The translations under genes were made by a program, and so were the position numbers. The notes under the pieces are model-generated. The model did no database searches and was not told the DNA's origin. It saw only the letters and a list, made by a program, of their open reading frames with translations. Source: Amoeboaphelidium occidentale (taxonomy: Eukaryota). From it: DNA of 64,000 nucleotides. Of the stretch, positions 46,001 through 59,834 are shown piece by piece (position 1 is the first letter of the stretch; each line of letters opens with the position of its first letter). The stretch covers positions 1-64,000 of the forward strand of contig JALGPX010000005.1 in assembly GCA_023515795.1 (NCBI GenBank), read 5' to 3'.

Positions 46001-48429
46001 ACTGGAAACTTTGCACTAATTAACAATTTGACCGCCTCTTTGACATTTCCTTCTTTTGCTTTTAACAGCGCTAAAACTTAATTTTCAAAATCCACACTTA
46101 CCTGCTTCTTCGATTATTCCTCTATTGTGGAGGGCTTCAAATAACTTCTCATTTAGGTCGATATTTGACCCTGTAGTTGCTCGGAGCCCTCTTCCTCGCA
46201 TTTGATCTTGTACGTTCGTGGCAAGTGCATTCTTAGCTTCCCTTTGTACAATTACGAGCTTCTCAGTCATCTTGTATTGCTTCTTGAACAGAGCGAGCAT
46301 CAGGTCTTTCTCTTTATCATCCTAAATGTTAGTTTTGGGTTAATTTGTTTACTTTGAGGTCCTGGATCGACTCTAGTTCTTTACTTAGAAAACTGCATCC
46401 TAATGCAGCAAAGCATCTTTGAGCAACATCAAGTTCATTTCTATCTAGCGCCGCGTTCGCAAGCATAAGCCATGATTGCCTCATGTTCTCGTTTGAATTT
46501 CCTTGACATGCAGATTGTAGAGCCGCGAGCGCACTAAAGCTTAATCATCATATTTGAGTGATACCTTTCCATATTGCCTCCATCTAAGTGTATGGAGAAA
46601 TCGATTAGAGATCTTTCTAGTTCAAGTTCGTAGTTTTCCTGCGTGCTTGTGTTTGATACCACAATACTTGAAGAGACTCCAGTACCTTTAGCAGGTTTTA
46701 TGTCGATTGCGTTTCCTTTTAGTTCAATATTTTGATACAAGTCAGAATCGATGTTGTACCAAACTGTCAATACATTTCGGCTTTGAGCAATCAGAGCCTT
46801 GTTAGAATCAGGAAGCCAAGAAGAATATGAGCAATCTTCTAGAAGAACACGGGTAGACCCTACATTCTTCAAATCAACAAGCATCAGTCTACGCTTGTCA
46901 TCAAGATGCAGCAGGCGCTCACAATCATTACTCAGAGAAATGAACTTGACTGAGCCTGATACATTAATTTCTTTTGAAACAACACTTGTATTTAAATTTG
47001 AAATTCTTATCAGTCCCTTAGACTCTATAAAAGCAGCGAAAATAGTATTTTTTGATATTCTTAATGATATACAGTCTCTTTTGAATCGATAAGGTTTGAC
47101 GGAGTATGCAGAATGAGCTCCTTTGAAAGGAATCAAGTTGATTATTCTAATGTCTTCTGAGGCTCTTACAATGCAGAATCCAGCCTCGTGGAAATAATAG
47201 CGAGTATCATTCTGATCGCTGGTCCAATTGAAATCCACCTCAACTTGCTCTTGGTTTCCATCAATGAAATCAGTAATAATTAAACTTTTAGATGTTTCTG
47301 CGACTATAAAGCGATCATTCTTTATAAGTACTCTTGTAATAGACAGAGAAGCTTTCGATTTGATATTCAAAAGGACCTTGCCGCTTTTGCTCACAGTTGC
47401 TTGATCAGAACCATGATATTCAATCTCGTAGATATCATTATAAACGATTTTCTTACCACCTACCTCAAGAAGATCAAGGTGACCAAAAACACTGCCCAGC
47501 AAGATGCGATTTCCACTTGGATTCATGCATACACGACTCAATATGTAATTATTAGACTCTTCTCCATTCAACTCAGCTCTATCTAACTCAGAATAGATGC
47601 CTTGCTTAGCGTCAAAAGAGATCAACATTAATTCATTCTTTGAAGCGAAGATCATGAATTTACCACTCGAAGACTTGTGTGTATGTTTGAAACTAACACC
47701 TCCAGAGTTTATAACTTCATACTTATGATTCCCTGATTTCGTATCGTAGCAATGAATTTTTCCATCTGAAGTCCCAATAAGTGCAGAAGAACCGATACCT
47801 GCTGATATAACCACGGCGTTCGCGCACACATTCAATTTGATTTGCAATTCATTAGAGGACAGATCGTATTTTCCAAAAGTTCCGTCCTCAAATAAGAAAA
47901 CTGTCAATTCTCCATAATTATCAGCGTCCACAATTGATCCAAAACTTGTCGAGCTTGCCGAGACAATCGTGGAACTCTTGTTCGATCTCAAATTTCCCAT
48001 CTTCAAATCACCTGCTGCTGTCACAAATATCAAAGTGTACTCATCCACATACAAAATTTGCATGATCTTTGAGGTATCAATAAACTTATTAACAATAGAC
48101 TTCTTCTCTTTAAACTCTTGACCAATTTTATACACAAATACTCCACCATCAGATTGCGCAACCGCCAGCTTTGTCCCATCCCCATTAAACTTCATATCAG
48201 TAACATAGTAATCTTCCAATATTTTTGAATCCGAGCCAGCTATCGATTTTGTTGGGATCTTGTCTTGTTTCGTTAGGCTGGCATCAAGAACATGAAGAAT
48301 CTTCTCCTGAGCATTAGCGATAGCCACTTTGTTATCAGTTGGAGCATATGCTATTGCACTTATTCGATTTAGATCATTAATCTTATCATATCTTGGGTGC
48401 AGAAAGTTTCCTTTGTATTTGAGCTTCAT
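43048..48429 (-). CDS. IFT172: intraflagellar transport protein 172 (divergent; 4 exons)
   Basis: DGTKLAVAQSD.GVFVYKIG..KEKKSIVNKF in the WD region; ELDVAQRCFAALG; long TPR-like region; C-terminal Cys cluster with W...CPSC. Confidence 0.85.
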
Positions 48430-48522
48430 ACTAATTGGTTTGAGTTGTAACAGGTCAGTGCAATGAAACAAGATCGAAAGAGTTTTCGCTTTTATTAGAA
48501 TGTGAGGCCACGCCGCCAATAA

Positions 48523-49988
<1,466 letters not shown>

Positions 49989-50174
49989 CTTTCAATCTGA
50001 ACAGAGAAAGGGGCTGCAACGTTCTTACTGGAACAACACGCGAGGGGTAACAAGAGCTCTAATGACAAGGTTACGAGCAAGTGTCTTATCTTCTGTTGAT
50101 GTCCAGATATGTTGCACAGAGACTAAAGTGTTGACGTGAAACTGTCCCATTTTTGTTTCGCTTATCAGAGTCGA

Positions 50175-51567
50175 ATGCAGGCAAGCGTTTTTGAGTACAT
50201 TCAGAGCCTCAGCCCTTCGCTGCATGAGAAACTTTATGCGCACCAGGCATCTTGCTTAGCGGTATTCAGATTACTTCGTCCGTCTTGTCAAGAGATTATA
50301 ATGCGTCTGGTGCTGATCGATGTTCCCGTGCCTCAGAGCACGATCAAATGCTGGCAGGCAACAAACCCAAAGTAAAGATTACTTTAAGGCGATAATAATT
50401 TGAAGGCTTTCTGTGGATATTGCGTTACTTAAACGGCTGAACATTCTGAACCAATTGAAGGATGATTCAATTGCACTTAACAAGACATGCCAAATGAGTT
50501 TTACCAAGTTGCTTTATGGAATTACCTCCGATTATGCGTATTTTGGAAAGAGGCCTAAAGATAAAGGACAGGCGCCTTCTGCTGATACTTTAAATGGTCA
50601 CGCTGCTACGAAATGGGAATCGATTTTGCATTTCATGGTTGGAAGCGAGTTCGATGTTAAACTTACAAAGAATGTCTTGGAAATTCTGAATGCGGCTGAT
50701 CTAATGGCAGCTGGCGCAGGCCGTTCCTTGAGTATTACTAACAAAGGCTTTCAATTTCTGCTGGCTGATTTATCATCGCAAATTTGGACCTTGTTGCTTC
50801 AGTATGTTGAATTATCTGAAAAGCTTCAAATGGATATTGTCGACGTTCTTGGATTCTTTTTATTTATTTCAACTCTTGAAGTTGGTCACGCATATTCTAC
50901 TGAAGATCTTACAAGGACGCAAATGGTTTTACTTAAGGATCTACGAGATTTGGGCTTAGTTTACCAGGATCCTGCAGCACAAGACAGATTCTATCCAACT
51001 GTCCTGATATCGTACATGGGCTCCAATAGGTCTAAAGCTCAGAATACGAAATCTACGCAAATCAAAGATTCTTTTGTTTTACTTGAAACCAATTATCGCG
51101 TTTACGCATACACCAACTCACCGTTACAAATTGCGATTTTGGCTCTGTTCGTTCAGATTAAAGTGCAGTTTCCGAACTTAGTGGTTGGTCTTATAACAAG
51201 AGATTCTGTTCGATCTGCTTTACAAAAAGGTATCACAGCAAGCCAGATTGTACATTACCTCAATACCCATTCTCATCGACAAATGAACAGGGGCTCTGTA
51301 TCTCCTATTCTTTTGCCTCAAACTGTTGTTGACCAGATTAATCTGTGGGAGATTGAAATGAACAGATTGAAACTAACGCAGAGTTTCCTATACAAGAACT
51401 TCCACTCAGAAAAAGAATTCATATTGGCTGCAAAGTACGCGAAAGATTTAAACTTTTTATTATGGGAAAGTACAGATCCTAAAAACAGAAGAATCATTGT
51501 TTCAGCAGAGGGCCACGAAATTGTTAAGCAGTATGTGAAGAATCTGATTGCGGAGCGTCAGAGGTAG
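50175..51567 (+). CDS. TFB2: TFIIH subunit p52/Tfb2
   Basis: [47 protein letters not shown]; one intron. Confidence 0.95.
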
Positions 51568-52363
51568 CATTATTATTATTTGAATTCTTTCTTATTGGAC
51601 TCCATACTGTAAAATCTGTACTGGAACCACCGAATAGATCAACGAAGCCTTTAACGAAATCTTGATAGTTTTTGTCGATGGTTTCAACTGTATGCCAAAG
51701 CTCCTTGCCTGTATCTACCCAATTCTTTTTGACCTTTTCCAGTTGCTTCTTGACATTAATCTCTGTCTCTTTCAGGAATCCAACATTGAGCTCCTTTGGA
51801 GAAACGCCTCTGTCTAAATTACGCCTGACATACTTGTCATAGTCTCTAACTATTCTGGTGATCAAATCGCTTGTCGAGATTCCGCCCGTTCGTTGTGTCG
51901 CAAGGAACTTGCCCTGCGCCTTAACAAATGCATAAACATCCTCAACGCCTTCAGACTGGTAAGGAATATCATCATGCGCAACAAAGTCAATTTGGTGTTT
52001 ATCAAGGAAGTCCTGCGTGATAATCCACGGCGCATTCTCGACGACTTCATCGACCCATTTGCAGTGCCTCAAGCTCTCTGCTCGCTCATCAGCAGTCATA
52101 ACTGTCTTGCCTTTCATTTTATGCGTTACTTCGTCATTGCAGACACCAACCAAAAGGTAAACATTAGGAAAGCTTTTCTTTGCTTGCTCCAAAGCTCTCG
52201 CATGACCAAAGTGGAACAGATCGTAAATACCATCGCAATAGACTCTGATAAGCTTTTCTGAAGGGCCAGCGGTCTGCTTTTTATCTGCGGCTACAGGTTC
52301 TGGCCGCGACTGGGCCTGCTTTTGGTCATCATCATCGATTTCATCTCTTCTACTACGTTTCAT
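51524..52363 (-). CDS. PCT1: choline-phosphate cytidylyltransferase
   Basis: [30 protein letters not shown]. Confidence 0.95.
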   Translation of the reverse strand: MKRSRRDEIDDDDQKQAQSRPEPVAADKKQTAGPSEKLIRVYCDGIYDLFHFGHARALEQAKKSFPNVYLLVGVCNDEVTHKMKGKTVMTADERAESLRHCKWVDEVVENAPWIITQDFLDKHQIDFVAHDDIPYQSEGVEDVYAFVKAQGKFLATQRTGGISTSDLITRIVRDYDKYVRRNLDRGVSPKELNVGFLKETEINVKKQLEKVKKNWVDTGKELWHTVETIDKNYQDFVKGFVDLFGGSSTDFTVWSPIRKNSNNNNATSDAPQSDSSHTA

Positions 52364-52444
52364 CGAACTATGAAAATTTTTACAAGGATTAGGGGTGTCC
52401 TCTAAAGTCATGCGTCTTTTGGAATAATATCAAAATATATTCAC

Positions 52445-55400
52445 CTACTTCTTTGAAGTCATTCCCATGATGGCTCTGATCAATATATACGCTACAAAGT
52501 TAGTTTGTGTATCCAAACAATCAAAGTTACCGTTTCCAGATAATTCATCTGCCGTGATTCCCATTTTCTGGCTCAGCTTCGAAACAACTGCCTTGTATTG
52601 ATGGGGCTACAAGTAAGATAGAATAAATGTAAAATAAATACCTTCTCTGCTGCGAGTTGGTTTGCCATGTATTGGCTCGCTAGATAAGCATCTAATGCAG
52701 AATCTTTCATGATCAAATCCTTTATGAACGCCATTCCTCCTAATTCTTCAAGCTTCTCATTCGCACCTGGTCCATTTGAAACAATCTCAATGATCCAAAA
52801 GAGTACCAGGCAACGCATAGTCTCATAGGTAGGATGTCTTAAATTGATAAAGATCCACTTGAGAATATTCATGTTGAGCATTTTGAGTAGATTTCGCTTA
52901 AACAGAAACCTTCCTTCACAGGCTGCAGCATAATAGCTTGTCAAAGGAGAATCAATTTCATAGATAGCTCGCTCTAAGAAATGGTAAGATCAACGTTACA
53001 TAAATGTACCTTGCGCTGGGATAGAGACTAAATTGAAAATGAAGTCAACAGCATAGGCTAGATTGTCTTGATCCTTCTCCTCTGTTTGAATCCATTTACT
53101 AAGATAATCATTGACTCTGTCCATCAGTTTCAGAACGTCGTCTTTGTAAGATTCGTTCATAGGATTGAGTCTGTACTTTTTATCCAATATAAGCTTTTCG
53201 ATAATCTTGAGGAATACTTTGCGTTGTGAAGGATCTCTGGATTTCATAATCATACGTAGCAGATTATCAACTTCCTTCTTGAAAGAAGCTCCATTCTCTG
53301 CTGAAGCACCTTTAAAACCTTCCGATAAAGTAAACAACATCAATTCAAAAAGCCATATACAGCCTTGATTATTCTCATCTGCATGCTTGCTTTTCAGCAG
53401 AGATTGAATAATTTTTAAATCTTTTTCAGGTAAAGAAACTGTCTCTTTCTCTCGTTCAAACAGAGACAAGAATTCGGGTTGAAATCTGAGATACTGTTGC
53501 GCCAATTTTTCAAGATCATAAAGGATTGCAACTAGTAATGGTTTGTCAACATTTCCAAATATTTTAAACCAGTCTGGATCTTTTTTCAACTCTTCAATGT
53601 AAATGAATCTTACGAACCTCTCGACAAACTTGTCAGGAACAAGCTTAAAAATCACTGGCAGATACTGCGCAACATCCAAACTCTTTAGGAATTCCAAAAT
53701 CAAATTGGCTTGATCCTGGGAAAACTGTAGCCTTTTGTTTCGTTTCAACTGTTGCATAATATAATCAAATATAACCACCAGCATGTTATCTCTAACTTCT
53801 TGAGATCGGGTTTCTACGTAAACATCAAGAAGCCAATTTATCCCACCGATCGCAGATAATGTAGACAACGATATCTCTGAAGACGGTTTTGGATAAAACT
53901 GGTTCATGATCATTCTCAAAATGAAATGCTTTGTGTCATCATTCATTCTCTTTATAATAGACATACAATTGACTAAGAACCTAAGGTCTACTTCCATTAA
54001 TCTTGATTTATCAACCAAACCATCAGCAACAGAAAAATAGAGGAAACAGTTAAGTGCGGATTCCCAAACTAATGAAGATGTGTTTTTCTTATGAACAATC
54101 CACAATATGAGTTCCTTGAGTTTTCTGAAAAGATCATCTTGAATAACTCCAACTCTGAGACTCCCTCCGACTTCCTGATCTGCTTGTATGGAATCATCTT
54201 TGGACTTTTGGTCTTGATTAAGAGTTGGAGATATATCTTCTAGAAGATGAGAATGAATGCTTAAGTTCAAGATAAGATCAAAAGCGCTGCATTGAGTTTC
54301 CGGACTATCACTCTCCATCATTTCAAAAAACACTGTTATCATTTGCTGAATTGTTGCTGGATCTCCTGTGCAATACAAATCCATAAGGATCTTTATGACC
54401 ACATTGAAAGCAGCAGAGCGTTCATTGCGATCTTCTTCATTCTCTTCTAAAGCAGAGACAGGAGAAGCCACTTTGTCAAAAACTGTATTCAGTTGAGATT
54501 CTGGTAAATCAACAGGAATCTGTTCAGAGTAATATTTGAACCTGAATAAATGTTTATCCACGCTAGCAGTATCAAGTGCTTTAGGCGCATGTGGATTATT
54601 CTCTAAATGTTCGTGCTTCTTAGTGTCCTCCACCATCCCAATTTGGTATTTAGTTGGCCATTCAGAACAGCTGAAACAATCATCATACACTAAATCACGC
54701 TTTCCTCGAGTATCCTGTGACAATTCAATTGGGCCAGAGAATAAATCGCAATAGAGTAACGCTACCGTTTTCTTTTTCTTTGGAGCCTGGTTCACTCTGT
54801 GTCTCGCGACAAGCATGTTTGGCACAAGTCTTTGTGGTGGTATTGCAACACTCACAGATGTTGACTGAGGATCTTCTTGAGTCATCGTGGCCTGTTGAAG
54901 TACAAAGGCCTCTTCTGGTTCTTGTGCGGGCGGCGGCCCTGTTGGAGAAGGAGCAGGTCTGCGTTTACCTTGAGACAGTTTGCTAAGGACTGATCGCAAA
55001 TACAAAGCTGGTTTGAGCAGCTGTTCATCACGCAGCTGAACCGNNNNNNNNNNNNNNNNNNNNNGGAGAAGGAGCAGGTCTGCGTTTGCCTTGAGACAGT
55101 TTGCTAAGGACTGATCGCAAATACAAAGCTGGTTTGAGCAGCTGTTCATCACGCAGCTGAACCGTTACTTCCTTGCAAATCTCATCCAAGTAATGCAGAG
55201 TATCCAACGAAGGAACATATTTCGAAAGCTTTGCCTTTAATATCCTAAAACATCGGTAAATAATTGCGGCATGTTTCATGTATAATTGTCGGGATGCTTC
55301 CTGTTGCAATGAGCCAGAGCCGCTGCCAACTGCATTCTGCGCTGGGCTGAAATTTCCAGAGAGAGTCAGCATAAGAATGGGCCTCAAGTTTTCCTTTAGC

Positions 55401-55580
55401 TTTCCTCCAATTAACTCGTAAGCTTCAAGTCAGCTAAAGCCCGCCGTCATTTAAAGTCTTACTTGTGTCAACAGTGGCTTTATCATTCAGGTAAATGGTA
55501 AGGCTGGAAGAAACAGCCACAGGAGGGTCGTCTACCTCTAAATTCTCAATGACGCACTGTTCGAGCGGAATTGCAGACAT
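52445..55580 (-). CDS. large helical conserved protein of unknown function, resembling a plant/amoebozoan family (At3g12590-like), multi-exon
   Basis: YYSEQIP, VIKILMDLY, AFDLILNLSIHSHLLE, VWESALNCFLYF; spliced C-terminus PHQYKAVVSKL...NAYILIRAIM. Contains an N-gap duplication. Confidence 0.7.
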
Positions 55581-55607
55581 GAAACAGTTTCAAGTAAAAA
55601 TTTTCAT

Positions 55608-57269
55608 CTATTTCTTCAAGCCTCTCTGATAAGTCAATAAGCTCCAAGGCATCGCTTTAGAATCCATCCAGACATAAGAGTCATGGTAATTCTGTTTTGG
55701 GAATGATTCCTTGCCTTGATTAGCTCTGCCACGCGATCCAATACAATAATTAAAAGCACCAGGAGGATGTTGGACTGTAATGTTTCCAGTACAGTTCCAA
55801 ACCAAACAATTAGCTCCACTCCAGCCTTGTCCTGAACCCATGTAACCTCTATCCTGAATGGAAATGTTACACTCACAGTGATCATACAACACACCATTAC
55901 CCCAACGATGATGTGTTTCACTGGCTCCCAAATTATTAGTAGCACGACAATTAAAATAGACATTAGGCCCAGTAACTCTTGCATCGACCGCATAAGCATG
56001 TCTGGCTTTATCACAGAAACAACTTTCTACTAGCAAATATGTACCAACCATCATGAAGCCATAACGCTTTCCTCCAGTACATTTACCAGTTGGTTCAAAA
56101 TAGCCGCAATTGATCACTGAGATGTTCTTTGCTCCATCTCCTAGTCTTGTGTGAAAACCAAAATGATAAACATTCACAGACTTCACCCAACAAAACATGG
56201 CATGTCTAAACAAAGCAAAACGATCCATATGATTCTCGTCCTCGATAACATCGACACCAAATTTCGATTCTTTCTTTGAACAAACTTCTGGACCAAGAGC
56301 GCACTCAACATCCAAATACTGAATTCCAACATTCCTAATTCTGTAGTTTTCATCAAACACATAGCAGTAGCCACCACCATACTTGCTTTCAATAGCAGTG
56401 GTAAGACCGCAGTCAAGAACTATCTGATTCTTTTCCGGAATTATACTGATAATTTTACGCTCAAATACCAAATCAAACGGACCCCATTGTTTAGTTCCGC
56501 CAACACCAGGTCTTTCAGGAATTTTATCCATATGAATATGAGAAATCCAGTCCTTGTTACTCTTACGTACAATCCTGATATTCTGCCATTGCTTCAAGCC
56601 ATTAACGTTGTCCAGTTGCACCAAAGTTTCACCAACAGGCAGTCTTTCACCAACAATTTTGAAACGACGTTCAGGATCATCTTTAGCGTTTGCTTGATGT
56701 CCTTCAACAGTAAACAATGTACCAGCATTTTGAGAAGTGCAATGAATCTTGACTCTGTTCTCAGCCTTATTAAAACCCTTGCTTGTATCAATGTCCTTAG
56801 GCGGAATCTCTCCTGTAACCAAGACACCGCTTGTTTTGATGTTGAAGCCAGCGCTGGATGAAACATAGTAATCACCATTCCTAAACAATAAAACACCACG
56901 CAGCTGAGTATCATTATCAATAGGATTCTTTGATATTTTCTCCAAAGCATCATGAATATCTTTAGTTCTGTCTCTGCAATCGCCAGCTGGTTCCAGGGTA
57001 ATGATCATAACAGAGCTTGGAATATTCCCAGAGCGCAACATTTGATCAGGCTTCTGCATTAGGCCGTACCAACAGCCAGTACGGCTAAAGTCAGGAACCT
57101 TGTCTCCATTAGGCATCACCACACTCTCTGGCTTTGACCAGTCCATATTGGGACAACATTGGTATGAACTTTCTTCCGAGTTCTTGTTAAAAATATGCTG
57201 ATCATTCATCTTTTGCAGCACCTTCTTAGAGACGTCGTTGTACAAATCTTTTGCCAAGTTCTTCAACAT
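55608..57269 (-). CDS. pectin-lyase-like beta-helix protein of a bacterial-type family
   Basis: VPDFSRTG, RHAY, GPNVY, SETHHRWGNGVLYD, DRGYMGSGQGWSGAN; intronless. Confidence 0.7.
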   Translation of the reverse strand: MLKNLAKDLYNDVSKKVLQKMNDQHIFNKNSEESSYQCCPNMDWSKPESVVMPNGDKVPDFSRTGCWYGLMQKPDQMLRSGNIPSSVMIITLEPAGDCRDRTKDIHDALEKISKNPIDNDTQLRGVLLFRNGDYYVSSSAGFNIKTSGVLVTGEIPPKDIDTSKGFNKAENRVKIHCTSQNAGTLFTVEGHQANAKDDPERRFKIVGERLPVGETLVQLDNVNGLKQWQNIRIVRKSNKDWISHIHMDKIPERPGVGGTKQWGPFDLVFERKIISIIPEKNQIVLDCGLTTAIESKYGGGYCYVFDENYRIRNVGIQYLDVECALGPEVCSKKESKFGVDVIEDENHMDRFALFRHAMFCWVKSVNVYHFGFHTRLGDGAKNISVINCGYFEPTGKCTGGKRYGFMMVGTYLLVESCFCDKARHAYAVDARVTGPNVYFNCRATNNLGASETHHRWGNGVLYDHCECNISIQDRGYMGSGQGWSGANCLVWNCTGNITVQHPPGAFNYCIGSRGRANQGKESFPKQNYHDSYVWMDSKAMPWSLLTYQRGLKK

Positions 57270-57345
57270 TATTGAGGTCTTGACGCAATTTGAAACAGAA
57301 AACTTCAACGCAAAAGCCCTCAACAACCCTCTAGTTTGCGCCACC

Positions 57346-58824
57346 ATGCAGCGAGATTTAGACTTTGCTCAGCCGATATATTCATCTTTGCACTGTCCCA
57401 TCTGTCAAGAAGTATTTTACGATCCGGTTATCACAGCTGCTTGTAATCATTCATTCTGTCGACTATGCTTGATGCAAGTTCTGGAGATGGATACACATTG
57501 CCCATTGTGCAGAAGTAAAGACTCTGTTCAGTATCACCCAAATCTCGCTTTGGCTTCAATAATTCAAGAGCTTCTTGTTCATTGCCCGAATCGAAAGGAT
57601 GGATGTCCTGCCGTTGTGAAACTGGAAGCAATTGATCATCACTTGAAGGAGTGCACATATCTTCCAATACACTGCGAATATGATAAATATGGTTGCGATT
57701 TTACTGGTAATGCGTCTGATATGGATGCTCATATTAAGAGTTGTGTTTTCAAGAAGCTGAAACCTTTCATAGAAGCAAGCCAAGAGGCATTGAGGCATAT
57801 GGAAGCAAAGTTACAAAAACAACAGAAAGAGCTGGAAAGACTGCGTGAATTTGTTAGAACATCAAAAACTGATCCTTCTACACTCAATGAACCTCTTGAT
57901 CATTCGGAACCAGCTTCAGAACCCGTTCCTGCAACTATCGCAGTTATAGAAGGATGGCCAAAAGGAAGCATACACTGTGAACGCACTATCAAAGAAGAGA
58001 ACGATATCGGGGTAACATCTTTGAGTTATGAGGGATCTAGTCTGTATTTCGGGAACTATCGAGGCTTAATTCGAGGGTACAATGCTGAAACTGGCGAAAA
58101 GCTTAGTGAATGGCGTGCCCATACAAGCACTGTCTGGTGCATTGCACATGATACAGAAAGAAACAGATTATTCAGTGGCTCCTCTGATAAGACCATCAAG
58201 TTATTTGATTTGGATTCTTTAGAGAGTGTTTCAACTCTAACTGATCACAAAGGAAAGATCTACAGCCTTAGTATTTCTGGAGATCGGTTGTATTCTTGTT
58301 CATCAGACAAGAAGATTAAATGCTTTGATATATCGTCCGGAAATCAGATTCAATGTTTATCTACTTTTACGGGGCATGAGGATAATGTTAATGCAATTTG
58401 TTGGTGGAACTCTAGATTAGTATCATGTTCATCTGACAAATTCGTCAAAATCTGGGATACTGAAACCCAAACTGCAATACTATCATGGAATAATGAAAAC
58501 AGCGAAATACTTGATGTATCCCAGAGCCAAAACATGATTCTTGCTTCAACTTATGATGCTTACATTCACGCTATTGACCCAAGATCAGGAGAAACAATCA
58601 AGAGCATTCCTGCACATAACTGGGAAATATGGCAGATTGATTCTTTGGATGATGTTTTGTTTTCCGGTTCATTCGATCACACACTCAAACGATGGGATCT
58701 CAGAATGTTTCAATGCACTGCCACTTTGTTGGGACATCATGGTTACATTCATGCTTTGAGAGTCTCAGACCAAAGAATGATTTCTGGTTGTGCTGACCGC
58801 ACTGTTAAATTCTGGCGTTGCTGA
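57346..58824 (+). CDS. TRAF7-like E3 ligase (RING, TRAF-ZnF, coiled coil, WD40)
   Basis: CPIC...CNHSFCRLC...CPLC, HLKEC, seven WD repeats; ATG in GCCACCATG context. Confidence 0.85.
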   Translation: MQRDLDFAQPIYSSLHCPICQEVFYDPVITAACNHSFCRLCLMQVLEMDTHCPLCRSKDSVQYHPNLALASIIQELLVHCPNRKDGCPAVVKLEAIDHHLKECTYLPIHCEYDKYGCDFTGNASDMDAHIKSCVFKKLKPFIEASQEALRHMEAKLQKQQKELERLREFVRTSKTDPSTLNEPLDHSEPASEPVPATIAVIEGWPKGSIHCERTIKEENDIGVTSLSYEGSSLYFGNYRGLIRGYNAETGEKLSEWRAHTSTVWCIAHDTERNRLFSGSSDKTIKLFDLDSLESVSTLTDHKGKIYSLSISGDRLYSCSSDKKIKCFDISSGNQIQCLSTFTGHEDNVNAICWWNSRLVSCSSDKFVKIWDTETQTAILSWNNENSEILDVSQSQNMILASTYDAYIHAIDPRSGETIKSIPAHNWEIWQIDSLDDVLFSGSFDHTLKRWDLRMFQCTATLLGHHGYIHALRVSDQRMISGCADRTVKFWRC

Positions 58825-58837
58825 ATTTATTTAGTAT

Positions 58838-59734
58838 TCAATTTCCTCTCTTTGCCATTCTTTCAATTGTATCATCGATATTGATTCCTACCATAGCTTC
58901 GCCAAGATTCTCACTAACTTTTGCCAATACAGCTGGATCATCATAGTGTGTGACAGATTGTACAATAGCACGGGCTCTTTTGACAGGATCGCCACTCTTG
59001 AAAATACCACTCCCAACAAATACACCATCAACACCCAACTGCATCATCAGTGCAGCATCAGCAGGAGTTGCAACACCACCAGCTGCAAAGTTCACAACTG
59101 GTAATCCTTCTTTTGCACTCTGTTCCAATAAATGCAATGGCACACGAAGCTCTGATGCAAAACTATTCAACCCATTGTAATTATCAGTATCCAACAACAT
59201 TTTTGCATGCTGCAACTGTTTCTTCACTGTACGAACATGTCTAACAGCTTCTACAATGTTACCAGTTCCAGCTTCACCTTTTGTCCTCAACATTGCAGCA
59301 CCTTCATTAACACGTCTCAGTGCTTCACCAAGGTCTCTGCAACCACAAACGAATGGAACTTTGAATTTATGTTTATCAATATGCATTTCATCATCAGCCG
59401 GTGTCAACACTTCAGATTCATCAATATAATCAACACCGATATGTTCCAGAATCTGTGCTTCTACAAAGTGACCAATACGAACTTTTGCCATTACTGGAAT
59501 AGTAACAGCTCTCTTGATACTCTTGATCATTTCCGGATCAGACATTCTTGCAACACCACCCTGTCTCCTAATATCAGCAGGCACACGTTCCAAAGCCATA
59601 ACAGCACAGGCACCAGCTTCCTGAGCTACAATAGCCTGTTCAGCATTAACGACATCCATAATAACACCGCCCTTCATCATTTGGGCCAAACCTGCTTTCA
59701 AGCGATCATTCGAAGTTGAAGTAGTTCCAGTCAT
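58838..59734 (-). CDS. PDX1: pyridoxal 5'-phosphate synthase subunit Pdx1
   Basis: [38 protein letters not shown]. Confidence 0.97.
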   Translation of the reverse strand: MTGTTSTSNDRLKAGLAQMMKGGVIMDVVNAEQAIVAQEAGACAVMALERVPADIRRQGGVARMSDPEMIKSIKRAVTIPVMAKVRIGHFVEAQILEHIGVDYIDESEVLTPADDEMHIDKHKFKVPFVCGCRDLGEALRRVNEGAAMLRTKGEAGTGNIVEAVRHVRTVKKQLQHAKMLLDTDNYNGLNSFASELRVPLHLLEQSAKEGLPVVNFAAGGVATPADAALMMQLGVDGVFVGSGIFKSGDPVKRARAIVQSVTHYDDPAVLAKVSENLGEAMVGINIDDTIERMAKRGN

Positions 59735-59834
59735 TTTGTTACAAGTTCTTGTTGTTCACTGCAAAGTAGAAATGTTGTTGCTGTTGGAAACATCTGCTCG
59801 CGTTGTTGTGACGTAATTTTCTTTCAATACCGAA

